Shown piece by piece: positions 1 through 8,219 of a DNA stretch of 32,000 nucleotides (its first letter is position 1; each line of letters begins with the position of its first letter). A program made the position numbers and the translations under genes. The notes under the pieces were generated by a model, which saw only the letters and a program-made list of their open reading frames with translations, did no database searches and was not told the origin of the DNA. The stretch comes from Candidatus Saccharimonadota bacterium (GTDB taxonomy: Archaea; Nanobdellota; Nanobdellia; Pacearchaeales; GW2011-AR1): contig BPGA01000001.1 in the NCBI GenBank assembly GCA_026002795.1, forward strand, positions 450,001 through 482,000, written 5' to 3'.

Positions 1-107
1 AAGTCAATTTTTGTTTTATCTCTTACTTTTTGTAGTTTTGGCAATTGAGGAGAAAAGTTTATTTTCACTCTTGGGAAATTTTTTAAGTCGGCTGTTTTAT
101 AAACCAT
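1..107 (-). CDS. hypothetical protein, N-terminal fragment running off the window
   Basis: ATG at 107-105 (reverse strand), 10 nt after the stop of the 118..681 gene. Open to the window edge: MVYKTADLKNFPRVKINFSPQLPKLQKVRDKTKID... No recognisable motif. Confidence 0.35.
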   Translation of the reverse strand, partial: MVYKTADLKNFPRVKINFSPQLPKLQKVRDKTKID

Positions 108-117
108 TTTAAAATTT

Positions 118-681
118 TTAACTTATAATTTTTATGTCTATTATTATTTTTCCTTGATTATCAGTTCCTGTATTTTTCACTAAAATTCTATAAGGCACTG
201 AGGCAGGAGTCATTTCTCTAACCTGTTCCAAGCCATTAAAAGTAACATTATATTGCGAAGAAAAATTTCTTGCTAAAATAACCTCGTAATTTTTTCCTTT
301 TTGTAATGTTTGAACCATTATATTTCCAACAGAAATCTCTTCTCCAATTTCGCTGTACTTGTTTTTACTATCTACCTTAAATGATAATACATCATTTAAT
401 GAATCTACAATAAAGCTTCCTTTTCTTATTGAAATTGTGAAAACTCTTTGATTTCCTACAGTTCCAATACTATTAACTAAACTATCAAAATCCTCGAGAA
501 TTCCTATAGATTGTTCAATAATTGATCTATCTTGTGATTCTTCAATTTTTGGTTTTACAAACGCAAGCACAATTCCTATTAGAGTTAGAGCTATCAATGT
601 ATAAACCATTGTCTCAACCCAAACCTGTGCTTTTTTATTCTTTTTAATCCCAAGACCTTTATACTTCTTTTTTATTTTCAT
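118..681 (-). CDS. type IV pilin-like protein (class III signal peptide)
   Basis: The N-terminus has a Lys-rich leader, then KKA|QVWVETMVYTLIALTLIGIVLAFV (hydrophobic helix). The rest is beta-rich and soluble. It is last in a same-strand run of pilin-like genes. Confidence 0.6.
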   Translation of the reverse strand: MKIKKKYKGLGIKKNKKAQVWVETMVYTLIALTLIGIVLAFVKPKIEESQDRSIIEQSIGILEDFDSLVNSIGTVGNQRVFTISIRKGSFIVDSLNDVLSFKVDSKNKYSEIGEEISVGNIMVQTLQKGKNYEVILARNFSSQYNVTFNGLEQVREMTPASVPYRILVKNTGTDNQGKIIIDIKIIS

Positions 682-748
682 TTTTTTAAATGCATTTTCC
701 TCTTTTTTTTCTATTTGCTAGTTTTTATATGAACTTAAGACATTTTAC

Positions 749-1261
749 TCAGCTTACGCATGGAGGTATCTGCTCTAATGAATCTGAAAAGTCACACTGG
801 TTTTCACCTATAATAGGAGCTAAACTTATTGAATCTGGATTATTTAGGTTAAAAAGAGTTAGATTAACAATATAAGTCTTACCAGCATTTTTTGCAGGCA
901 AAGAAACTTGTTGATTTCTATCAGGATAAGATACAACACCTTGAATTGTTGAACTTTTATTTAAAATTTTAAAACTTTTAGAATTTCCTTCAGAGAGGAT
1001 ACTAACTAAAACAGCATCTAATTGAATATCCTTAATTTCAATTGATACACGGGCCTCATTTGATGCAAAATTGTAACAAGTGAATTCCTGATTTATTTTT
1101 ACTTTATCAAAAGTTTCAAAACACGAGCTTGATTTAGTTTTGCTTTGTACTAGGTTATTAACAACTAGCCAAACCATAGCAGCAATAAAAACAGTTAAAG
1201 CTACAATTAAAACAGCCCCAACAACAGGAGAAATACCTCTTTTATCATCTCTTTTTATCAT
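749..1261 (-). CDS. archaeal type IV pilin-like protein
   Basis: N-terminus MIKRDDKRG|ISPVVGAVLIVALTVFIAAMVWLV is the classic archaeal prepilin (RGxSPV) class III signal. Four Cys. TTTATAAA box at -29..-22 from the ATG. Confidence 0.75.
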   Translation of the reverse strand: MIKRDDKRGISPVVGAVLIVALTVFIAAMVWLVVNNLVQSKTKSSSCFETFDKVKINQEFTCYNFASNEARVSIEIKDIQLDAVLVSILSEGNSKSFKILNKSSTIQGVVSYPDRNQQVSLPAKNAGKTYIVNLTLFNLNNPDSISLAPIIGENQCDFSDSLEQIPPCVS

Positions 1262-1282
1262 TTTTATAAATAGTTATTTATA

Positions 1283-1290
1283 TTTATAAA
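1283..1290 (-). promoter_or_regulatory. TATA box (TTTATAAA) for the pilin-like gene; leaderless geometry
   Basis: TTTATAAA lies exactly -29..-22 from the ATG at 1261. Archaeal TATA boxes centre near -26 from the transcription start. Confidence 0.45.
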
Positions 1291-1459
1291 GTTTAACAAA
1301 AAGCACCTTAGTTATTAATTATCATGAAAAAGATATAAGATTACAATATCCATTCTAAGAAATTTTGCGACTTTCTAAATTAATTTTTTTAGACCATAGA
1401 AAAATTAGTATTTATATTGTCATTAAAATTATTTATCTTTAAAAGGCATTAAATATAAC

Positions 1460-1942
1460 CTAAACTATATCTATTTCTTGAGAATAGGTTTCATCACAAG
1501 AATGTGTTTTTTCTTGGCCCGCAGACTCACCTAAAAGAATTGGCGTTATTGAAATTGATGTTGCTTCTGAAAATTTAGAACTTAAATCCTCAGAAGAAAA
1601 ACTTCCTCCTGGCATTAAGCCATTTATCGGCCAGTTTGTTGAAATTTCTTTTATTTCTAAGGTTTCAAAACTTCCTGGCTTTGTTATTTTTACATTTAAA
1701 CTATAAATTGGAACATCTCCTGTATTGACTACAGACAAAATTCCAGATGAACTTTCATAATTTGATAGAAAAGTTACATCCTGACAAATTAATTCTACAT
1801 TTGTTCCTCCAAATTTTGTTATTGCTTCTTTACTAAGCCCACGGAACCATAAAAAAATTATTAGTGCTATAACCAAGACCATTGCTACAAGAAGAACAGT
1901 TGCAATTACTGGAGATAAACCTTTTTTGTTTTTTTTCAACAT
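1460..1942 (-). CDS. archaeal type IV pilin-like protein
   Basis: N-terminus MLKKNKKG|LSPVIATVLLVAMVLVIALIIFLWF (class III signal). Cys pair: ELICQDV near the helix and THSCDET near the C-terminus. Confidence 0.75.
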   Translation of the reverse strand: MLKKNKKGLSPVIATVLLVAMVLVIALIIFLWFRGLSKEAITKFGGTNVELICQDVTFLSNYESSSGILSVVNTGDVPIYSLNVKITKPGSFETLEIKEISTNWPINGLMPGGSFSSEDLSSKFSEATSISITPILLGESAGQEKTHSCDETYSQEIDIV

Positions 1943-2046
1943 CTTAATTAAAATTTAAACGTATTTATTAATTTTCTCTTTTAATTATTTATACATAAAG
2001 ATTGTATTTAGCATTGGTTTAATAAATTAAAATTTAATGAACTAAA

Positions 2047-2568
2047 CTAACTTACTTGTGTTACATCAGACTTTATAGCAACGTTAGTACAACTTACTAA
2101 CTTTATTCTTTTATTTTCTTCTTCAAATCTTACAGGAACAATTCTAATTTTTTTTATTTCACCTAATGAAGACGGAATATCAAATACAGCCTTCCACTCT
2201 TTTCCTGTTTTAAGGTCATTGTAACCTAGAGAAACGACAACAGCATTTCCAACATTCTCGCCATAACTTTTATTTAAATACCCTGCTAAATTAGTAGAAG
2301 GGTTTTCGTCTCCAGCTTTATTAGATCCATAAATAAAATAACCAGCAACATCAAATCTTCCGTTATTTGAGGCGTTTATTGAGAGTTTTCTGTTTGTTAT
2401 GTTAAAAACCGCATCTTTAATAAAAACAGATAATCCCTCAACACACTCTGTTTTTTCTCTAGGAACATATGTTTTAAGCCATTGATAAGAGATTATAGCA
2501 GCAACCAAAACAAAAACAACTAACATTACATAACTTACAAGAACACTTACTCCTTTTTTTGTTCTCAT
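2047..2568 (-). CDS. type IV pilin-like protein (class III signal peptide)
   Basis: N-terminus MRTKKG|VSVLVSYVMLVVFVLVAAIISY. Cys pair: KTECVEG and LVSCTNV. Confidence 0.65.
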   Translation of the reverse strand: MRTKKGVSVLVSYVMLVVFVLVAAIISYQWLKTYVPREKTECVEGLSVFIKDAVFNITNRKLSINASNNGRFDVAGYFIYGSNKAGDENPSTNLAGYLNKSYGENVGNAVVVSLGYNDLKTGKEWKAVFDIPSSLGEIKKIRIVPVRFEEENKRIKLVSCTNVAIKSDVTQVS

Positions 2569-2630
2569 TTTATTTTAAAGGTTTTTATATTTTTAAATTG
2601 TACGCATTATAAAAATTATTTTAAATGTCC

Positions 2631-3158
2631 TTATCCAATTTCGATATACTCTTCATTATTTTTAGTTTGAATTAAAACAAAGTAAAAATTTTGTCCTGGC
2701 ATTATTTCAAAAGAGAAAGGCTTTTGGTCTATTGTTAAGTTTAAATTTTGTAATTGAGGATCTATACTTATCGAAAATCTTCCAGGAGAAGTTGTATTTA
2801 TTTCATTTCCAGATTCTATTTCTACTAATTTAGCTTCTTTTTGGTATCCTGATAGTGTGATATTGTTTGAATCTCCAAAAATGAAATACAAATCAGTTCT
2901 ATTAAAGCTTTTTTTAATATAATTATTTGTAAAATTTTCCATCAAAAGAATTATTTCGTTAGATTGAAATCCAGAGCTTGTTGCTGCATCAATGGTTTTT
3001 TTACTTTCTATTCTTATTTCTTCAGCAAGATCATAAAAATCAGTGTTTTTTGTTTTAAGAGAAGTATTTCCAGCAATAGAAATACCTATTATCAATGAAG
3101 AAATAACAACAGCAGCAATAAGGTAAAATTGCCCTTTTTTTTCTTCAATCTTAAACAT
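2631..3158 (-). CDS. type IV pilin-like protein (class III signal peptide)
   Basis: N-terminus MFKIEEKKG|QFYLIAAVVISSLIIGISIAG. It is first in the same-strand pilin-like run. Confidence 0.6.
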   Translation of the reverse strand: MFKIEEKKGQFYLIAAVVISSLIIGISIAGNTSLKTKNTDFYDLAEEIRIESKKTIDAATSSGFQSNEIILLMENFTNNYIKKSFNRTDLYFIFGDSNNITLSGYQKEAKLVEIESGNEINTTSPGRFSISIDPQLQNLNLTIDQKPFSFEIMPGQNFYFVLIQTKNNEEYIEIG

Positions 3159-3199
3159 TATTAAAAAAATAATCTATACTTAATAAACCTTTTTTAATA

Positions 3200-4144
3200 T
3201 TATTTTTTAATAATTTTTGTTGACGCTTTTCTGATTCTATTCATTATTGCTAATCCAATGCCTTTTTCTTCAATAGATGGTATTAAAATATAATCAATAT
3301 TTTTCTTATCGCACTTTCTAAAAAGCATGAACATTTTTTTAGAAAATTCTTTTGAATTAGCTGGTTTTATGATTTTAACCTTTTTTTCACTTTTTTCTAA
3401 TTTTCTTTTGTACTCTCTAATTTTATTTTTTGCTAAGCCCTCAAAAAGAATTATCTTTGCTTTTGGTGAGTAATGTTTATACTTCATTCCAGGAGATTTT
3501 GCAGCAATGGTTTTGCCTTTATGCAGAACCAAGTTTGGAAGAAATTTTTTTAATTTTTCAAAAGAGAGAGCGCCAGGTCTTAATAAAACAGGATTTTTTT
3601 CTGTGAGATCTACAACACTAGACTCGATTCCAAAATCACAATGTTTTGATTTTATTATTGCAGAAATTTTTCCATTAAAATCCTCTAAGACATCTTCGAA
3701 ACAAGTTCCTGAAGGCTTTCCAGAAATATTTGCAGAGGGAGCAGCAATAGGAACTCCTGAAAGTTCTATAAGTTTCAAAGCAATCTTATTTTTTGGCATT
3801 CTTACTGCAACACTTTCTAAATTAGCTGTCACTTCTTTCGGAACAATTTTTTTCTTTTTTAGGATTATTGTTAAAGGACCAGGCCATAAATTTTTTATTA
3901 GGTTTTTTGCTTTTTTATTTACAAAAGCTATTTTTTTTAACTGGTTTAAGTTTGATATATGAACAATTAAAGGGTTGTCAGATGGTCTACCTTTTGCCTT
4001 AAAAATTTTTTTTACTGCTTCTGGATTTAAAGCATTTGCTCCTAAACCATAAACGGTCTCAGTAGGAAAAGCAACAACTTCTCCATTCTTTATTAGCTCT
4101 GCAGCTTTTTTAATTTCCTTAGTTGATAAAATTTTAGTTTCCAT
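3200..4144 (-). CDS. sua5: L-threonylcarbamoyladenylate synthase (Sua5/YwlC type, with C-terminal Sua5 domain)
   Basis: Matches YrdC-fold motifs: VVAFPTETVYGLGANA, KGRPSDNPLIVHI, GPLTIIL, VAVRMP, IAAPSAN.SG. The 314-aa length fits the long Sua5 form. Confidence 0.9.
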   Translation of the reverse strand: METKILSTKEIKKAAELIKNGEVVAFPTETVYGLGANALNPEAVKKIFKAKGRPSDNPLIVHISNLNQLKKIAFVNKKAKNLIKNLWPGPLTIILKKKKIVPKEVTANLESVAVRMPKNKIALKLIELSGVPIAAPSANISGKPSGTCFEDVLEDFNGKISAIIKSKHCDFGIESSVVDLTEKNPVLLRPGALSFEKLKKFLPNLVLHKGKTIAAKSPGMKYKHYSPKAKIILFEGLAKNKIREYKRKLEKSEKKVKIIKPANSKEFSKKMFMLFRKCDKKNIDYILIPSIEEKGIGLAIMNRIRKASTKIIKK

Positions 4145-4307
4145 ATTTTTAATTTTCTTCTATAAAAACTATTTTTTAAAAATTTATTAGTCTAATCAAC
4201 TTTAATTGATTTATACTTTTTAATTTTAAGTAAGGAAAAAATGATAAAATTAAAATAAATATTCTTCCAATGCACAACACAAAATAAGTTAGAAGATATT
4301 TTTAAGT

Positions 4308-4567
4308 GTAGACTCGGAAGTTTGCTTCAGGATTCCAGAAAAGCTTCCCCTTATTCTTCCTCAGTTCTGCACCCCGCTAAGCATCTTTGCAAATGTTTAG
4401 GGCTGCTCCGGTCAAGGCCTGACCCGTTTCGCATCTGCAAGATCGAAGCGGACAGAACCTCAACGTCTGAATAAGGACTTTCCTAAAATCCTGTCACGCC
4501 CTTCCTTGCAGTCTGCCATAAAGCCCGTTTGCAATTAGCGGAGGGCTAGCCCGCCGACCTAGTCTAC
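4308..4567 (-). ncRNA. signal recognition particle RNA (7S/SRP RNA), compact form
   Basis: GC-rich island in AT-rich DNA. The termini pair (GUAGACU/AGUCUAC). A long rod of complementary segments is present (CAGGAUU/AAUCCUG, AGGAAAG/CUUUUCU, CCUUAUUC/GAAUAAGG, GUUCUG/CAGAAC, CCGCU/AGCGG, AUCUUGCAGAUG/CAUUUGCAAAGAU). The apex reads GGGU-CAGG-CC..GG-AGCA-GCCC, matching the helix 8 consensus (E. coli GGUCAGGUCCGGAAGGAAGCAGCC; shares CGGAGCAG with human). TATA box at -29..-22. Confidence 0.65.
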
Positions 4568-4588
4568 AAAAAAACAAAAACATAAGGT

Positions 4589-4596
4589 TATATAAA
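4589..4596 (-). promoter_or_regulatory. TATA box (TTTATATA) for the SRP RNA gene
   Basis: On the minus strand TTTATATA spans -29..-22 relative to the first paired nucleotide of the RNA (4567). Confidence 0.45.
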
Positions 4597-4816
4597 ATTT
4601 ACTAAAAATGGTTCTGTTAGATTATTTTAAGTAAGAGACATTTATTTTTCTCCATTATCACAAAGACAATTTGTCTTTTTTAGAGTATTATTAAGATTGA
4701 TAGTTCTTTAAACTCTTCTTTATTTTATTAAATTTCGGGGCAATTCTATCTGTTTCAGATTAATTTTAATCTCTTCTCTAGTTTAGCTTAATAAGAAATC
4801 TTTTTTGACAAGCGAT

Positions 4817-5683
4817 TTATTTCTTCTTTCCTTGATAAAATTTCAATTTCTTTATTTTATTTCCCGACAATTCTAGCCAAATGTTCACATAAGGACCAAA
4901 TCCAGCATTAATCGCTATTGTTTTTCCAACTTTGCATTTTGTAAAGTGTTCGTGTATATGTCCACCAATGCAAACTAGCGGATGATATTTATCAATCATT
5001 TCACGGGCAATTAATGAACCATAATGATAACCATATCTTGGTGAATCTTTATTTGTAATTTCATCAATTGTTGTATTGAATGGCACATTATGGGATAGGA
5101 AAATAACGGGCTTCGATGCTTTCTCAAAAAGAGAAGTAATTTTTTTTGAATCTCTTTCATATTCTCTTTTTCTTTTTGCCAATTCTTTTGGCTTAAGTCT
5201 TTCCAAATCTTCTTTGTATTGTGGATATTCAGGACCTGAAGAAATACCATGTCCTATAATTTGATAATCTCCAATATCCACTATTTTATGATGAACATCA
5301 ACAATATTTGAAAGACCCTTTATAAGCGTTTTATAATGATCTTGTTTCAGAAAATCCCAATCTGGGTCATTAATTTTCGTCCAATCCCAATTTCCTGGAA
5401 CAATATAAACAGGAACGCCAAAAGAATTAAGTTGTTCTAATATTTCTCTTCCATCAGAAAGAGATTTTTTAATCATTTTTCTTGCCTCTCTTTTTCCAAC
5501 AATATCATACCATCTTGTTTTAGAATTAGAATTTTCTAATCTCTTTCTTAATGCTAGAATCACATATTTTCTTGGAGCATCTGAACAAAAATCTCCTGGC
5601 GCAATAATTGCATCAAAACCATCAAAATAAATATTTGGTCTATTTCCATGCAAATCTCCTACTACTAAAACTTTCATTGCCAT
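4817..5683 (-). CDS. calcineurin-like metallophosphoesterase
   Basis: Ordered metallophosphoesterase motifs: VVGDLHGN, APGDF, GNWD, GHGI, GGHIHEH. Confidence 0.85.
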   Translation of the reverse strand: MAMKVLVVGDLHGNRPNIYFDGFDAIIAPGDFCSDAPRKYVILALRKRLENSNSKTRWYDIVGKREARKMIKKSLSDGREILEQLNSFGVPVYIVPGNWDWTKINDPDWDFLKQDHYKTLIKGLSNIVDVHHKIVDIGDYQIIGHGISSGPEYPQYKEDLERLKPKELAKRKREYERDSKKITSLFEKASKPVIFLSHNVPFNTTIDEITNKDSPRYGYHYGSLIAREMIDKYHPLVCIGGHIHEHFTKCKVGKTIAINAGFGPYVNIWLELSGNKIKKLKFYQGKKK

Positions 5684-5718
5684 ATACTTATTATTTTGAA
5701 TTGTAAGTTGAAAAGAAA

Positions 5719-5877
5719 TTAATTGCTTTTTTCAATTTCTCTTATTACTTTTTCCATTTCTTTTGTAACATGAGACATTACTTCTGATTCAGATGCATTT
5801 GGTTTTTTTTCTTTATATTTTAGAGCCATACCTGCTCCAGCAATAAAAGCTCTCTTCACAAAATCTTTTTTTGCCAT
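5719..5877 (-). CDS. small hypothetical protein (52 aa)
   Basis: Below the ORF-track cutoff. Hand translation: MAKKDFVKRAFIAGAGMALKYKEKKPNASESEVMSHVTKEMEKVIREIEKSN. It fills an otherwise empty gap on the same strand as its neighbours. Confidence 0.3.
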   Translation of the reverse strand: MAKKDFVKRAFIAGAGMALKYKEKKPNASESEVMSHVTKEMEKVIREIEKSN

Positions 5878-5930
5878 TCTATTTATAGAATTAGACTATT
5901 TAAAAAGATTTTTATTTAAATCAATAAACA

Positions 5931-6710
5931 TCAAACTTCTTTCCAATCAACCAGTTTTCCAGAGCTGTCTCTTAAAAACAAACTATCACTGTCCTTTACT
6001 AAAATATCATTTTCTGGCCAAAATAATACTTCTTTTGAGTTTGTATTGTTTCCTTTAAAAATATAAAAATAGTTTTTTCCATTTACAACAAATTTAGGAA
6101 AAATAAATCTTTTTCGTCCTTCGTTTTTTATTGTCCAATTCTCAAGATTACAAGAAAAATCACAAAAATTGTAAAAACCCATTGTATCTTCTTCAGAATT
6201 TATAGAGACAATCTTTATACAATAAGCACATACATCATCTGATCTTTCACATAAATTTATGTTTTTTTCTAAACAAGACAGCCAAGACTTTTTAAAATTG
6301 TTGTACTCTTTTGATCTTCCAGAAGGAAAATAATAATTTGAAAATCCATTTTCTATAGATTTCAAATTTATATTTTCTTCATTTAAAAATAAATAAGCCA
6401 ATGTTCTTCCATATTTATCTTTTTTTTCTTTTTCAAATTTTAAAGAAACTGTTTTGTTTAAAACTTCTTTTTCTAGAAATTTTTTTGCTTCTTCATAATA
6501 AGGTTCATTTTTTTCAGGAGCATTAATTCCTAAAAGCCTAATTGTTTTGTTGTTTCCAGATACAGTATCTCCATCAATAACTCTTTCAACATAAAAATAC
6601 TCTTTTTCATCTAAAAATTTTATTAATAAACCGTCAAGAGTTTTATAATTTAAGGAAAATAAAAGAAAAATCGAAAAAATTAAAATAAGAGTTTCTTTTC
6701 TTTTATTCAT
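5931..6710 (-). CDS. secreted/anchored thermonuclease (SNase fold) fused to a lamin-tail-like domain
   Basis: N-terminal hydrophobic signal or anchor (LILIFSIFLLFSL). SNase motifs: VIDGDT, IRLLGINAPE, YGRTLAY. The C-terminal ~100 aa follow the lamin-tail pattern (LENWTIKNEGRKRFIFP...LFLRDSSGKLVD). Confidence 0.8.
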   Translation of the reverse strand: MNKRKETLILIFSIFLLFSLNYKTLDGLLIKFLDEKEYFYVERVIDGDTVSGNNKTIRLLGINAPEKNEPYYEEAKKFLEKEVLNKTVSLKFEKEKKDKYGRTLAYLFLNEENINLKSIENGFSNYYFPSGRSKEYNNFKKSWLSCLEKNINLCERSDDVCAYCIKIVSINSEEDTMGFYNFCDFSCNLENWTIKNEGRKRFIFPKFVVNGKNYFYIFKGNNTNSKEVLFWPENDILVKDSDSLFLRDSSGKLVDWKEV

Positions 6711-6752
6711 AAGAAAAATAAAATAACAATAATTAAAAAACTTTAATAAAAA

Positions 6753-8207
6753 TTAAAAGTTATCTTTTTTTATAAAGAATAAAACTATTGAGATAAGTAT
6801 TATTATTCCAACAATTGAAAACCAAAATAACAAAGTAGGTAATAATGATTTTTCTTCAATAGTTTGTGGTTCTTCTCTCACTGACAATTTTGGAAAGAAC
6901 TGGCTAAAGTATTTTTGTTCATCAAGGGGGTTTGGTTTTATTAGTCTAACTCCAGAAGCCCCACCTGTTTTTCTTTCTCTCTTTTCTTCTTTTTTCTCTA
7001 CATTAACAACCTTCAACTGATACTTCTGCTCAGAAAAATCTTTTCCATCACTAACTCTTAAAATTACATCAAAAACAACATCCTCTGAAACTTCTGGAGC
7101 TATTCCTGAAATTAAACCAGTAGAACTTATTGAAAGCCAAGAAGGAGCTTCTAAAGAGTAGGTTAAAGAATCTCCATCTTCATCTTCTGCAATAACTTGA
7201 TAACTATACTGAGAATTTTCATTAACTTCTGTCACAGGCTGAGATTTTATCACAGGTGGTTTGTTTACATTAACAACCTTCAACTGATACTTCTGCTCAG
7301 AAAAATCTTTTCCATCACTAACTCTTAAAATTACATCAAAAACAACATCCTCTGAAACTTCTGGAGCTATTCCTGAAATTAAACCAGTAGAACTTATTGA
7401 AAGCCAAGAAGGAGCTTCTAAAGAGTAGGTTAAAGAATCTCCATCTTCATCTTCTGCAATAACTTGATAACTATACTGAGAATTTTCATTAACTTCTGTC
7501 ACAGGCTGAGATTTTATTACAGGTGGTTTGTTTTTTGGTATAGGATTTACTGTTATTGTTACAATTGCAATGTTGCTATCTAATTTTCCATCATTAGCCT
7601 TAAAACTAAAGCTATCTGTTCCAAAAAAACTTGGATTTGGTGTGTAAGTAATTTCTCCTGTAGAAGAATTAAAATTGGAAATTGAGCCATTTGATGGATT
7701 GCTTACAATTATAAAAGTTAAAGGATCATTTTCAGGATCAGTTGCATTTAAATTGAAAGTTACTGGCTTATTCTCTTCTGTTGTTATGTTTATGTTGTAT
7801 GCAATTGGGGGATTGTTTTTTTGTTCTTGTTTTACTTTTAATTTTAAAACATGATTGTCAGAACTTGGAAAATTGTCTGATGCTTGCAAAATAACTTCAA
7901 AGTCACCACTTTTTTTATAAATTTCAGGTCCTATAGAATAGCTTTTTGAAAAACTATTTGTACTAACAACTTTATTTTTTTCAAAAGAATGAATCTCATT
8001 TAATTCAGAATTGTAAAGTTTAATATTTATTGTCATTGGAGGAGTCATACTAAAAAAATCCGAATTAAAAATCAAATCTTCTCCAAAAGGAATTTCAATT
8101 TCATCTTTCCCGTTTTGCCATTCTCCATAAACAACTACAGCGTTTATACTAGAAACTAAAAAAATTACAATACCTAAAAGCAAAAATAACTGAAAATTTT
8201 TTTTCAT
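6753..8207 (-). CDS. cadherin-like/Ig-like repeat surface adhesin with C-terminal membrane anchor
   Basis: Signal peptide (FQLFLLLGIVIFLVSSINA). One domain of the bacterial cadherin-like type (PPIAYN..TEENKPVTFNL.ATDPENDPLTF...GTDSFSFKANDG...VTITVNP). Two identical 89-aa Ig-like repeats. C-terminal TM helix (LLFWFSIVGIIILISIVLFFI). Confidence 0.8.
   Translation of the reverse strand: MKKNFQLFLLLGIVIFLVSSINAVVVYGEWQNGKDEIEIPFGEDLIFNSDFFSMTPPMTINIKLYNSELNEIHSFEKNKVVSTNSFSKSYSIGPEIYKKSGDFEVILQASDNFPSSDNHVLKLKVKQEQKNNPPIAYNINITTEENKPVTFNLNATDPENDPLTFIIVSNPSNGSISNFNSSTGEITYTPNPSFFGTDSFSFKANDGKLDSNIAIVTITVNPIPKNKPPVIKSQPVTEVNENSQYSYQVIAEDEDGDSLTYSLEAPSWLSISSTGLISGIAPEVSEDVVFDVILRVSDGKDFSEQKYQLKVVNVNKPPVIKSQPVTEVNENSQYSYQVIAEDEDGDSLTYSLEAPSWLSISSTGLISGIAPEVSEDVVFDVILRVSDGKDFSEQKYQLKVVNVEKKEEKRERKTGGASGVRLIKPNPLDEQKYFSQFFPKLSVREEPQTIEEKSLLPTLLFWFSIVGIIILISIVLFFIKKDNF
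6999..7533. repeat. tandem duplication, 2 x 267 bp, one mismatch
   Basis: 6999-7265 repeats at 7266-7533 with a single difference (c7251 vs t7518). It is in frame (89 codons) inside the adhesin gene. Confidence 0.95.
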
Positions 8208-8219
8208 TTTACTTGATTT

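Noticed and set aside
690-875. 61-aa plus-strand ORF spanning the gap between two pilin-like genes.
   Set aside because: It overlaps the 3' end of the 749..1261 gene and has no promoter or motif support.
3507-3962. 151-aa ORF antisense to sua5.
   Set aside because: It lies entirely within a confidently identified gene on the other strand. It is a Phe/Lys-rich low-complexity translation typical of AT-rich antisense frames.
4308-4567. The minus-strand RNA contains AGGAAAGUCC, identical to the universal RNase P RNA CR-I motif, plus a GCAGAAC resembling CR-V. I therefore considered RNase P RNA.
   Set aside because: The segment pairing with the 5' flank (CAGGAUU/AAUCCUG) sits in the wrong order for P2/P3/P4 topology. 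The AGGAAAG is itself base-paired with CUUUUCU in a continuous rod. The apex matches the SRP helix 8 consensus. The overall fold is one long hairpin, not a multi-branched P RNA.
4817-5683. I considered the metallophosphoesterase as a possible Mre11 partner for the hook-containing SMC-like ATPase.
   Set aside because: It lies 16 kb away on the other strand, is only 288 aa with no capping or DNA-binding extension, and has GNWD rather than the Mre11-type motif context.
6999-7533. I considered whether the long direct repeat is a CRISPR-like or mobile-element repeat.
   Set aside because: There are only two copies, directly abutting, in frame, and encoding a protein domain. There are no spacers or terminal inverted repeats.
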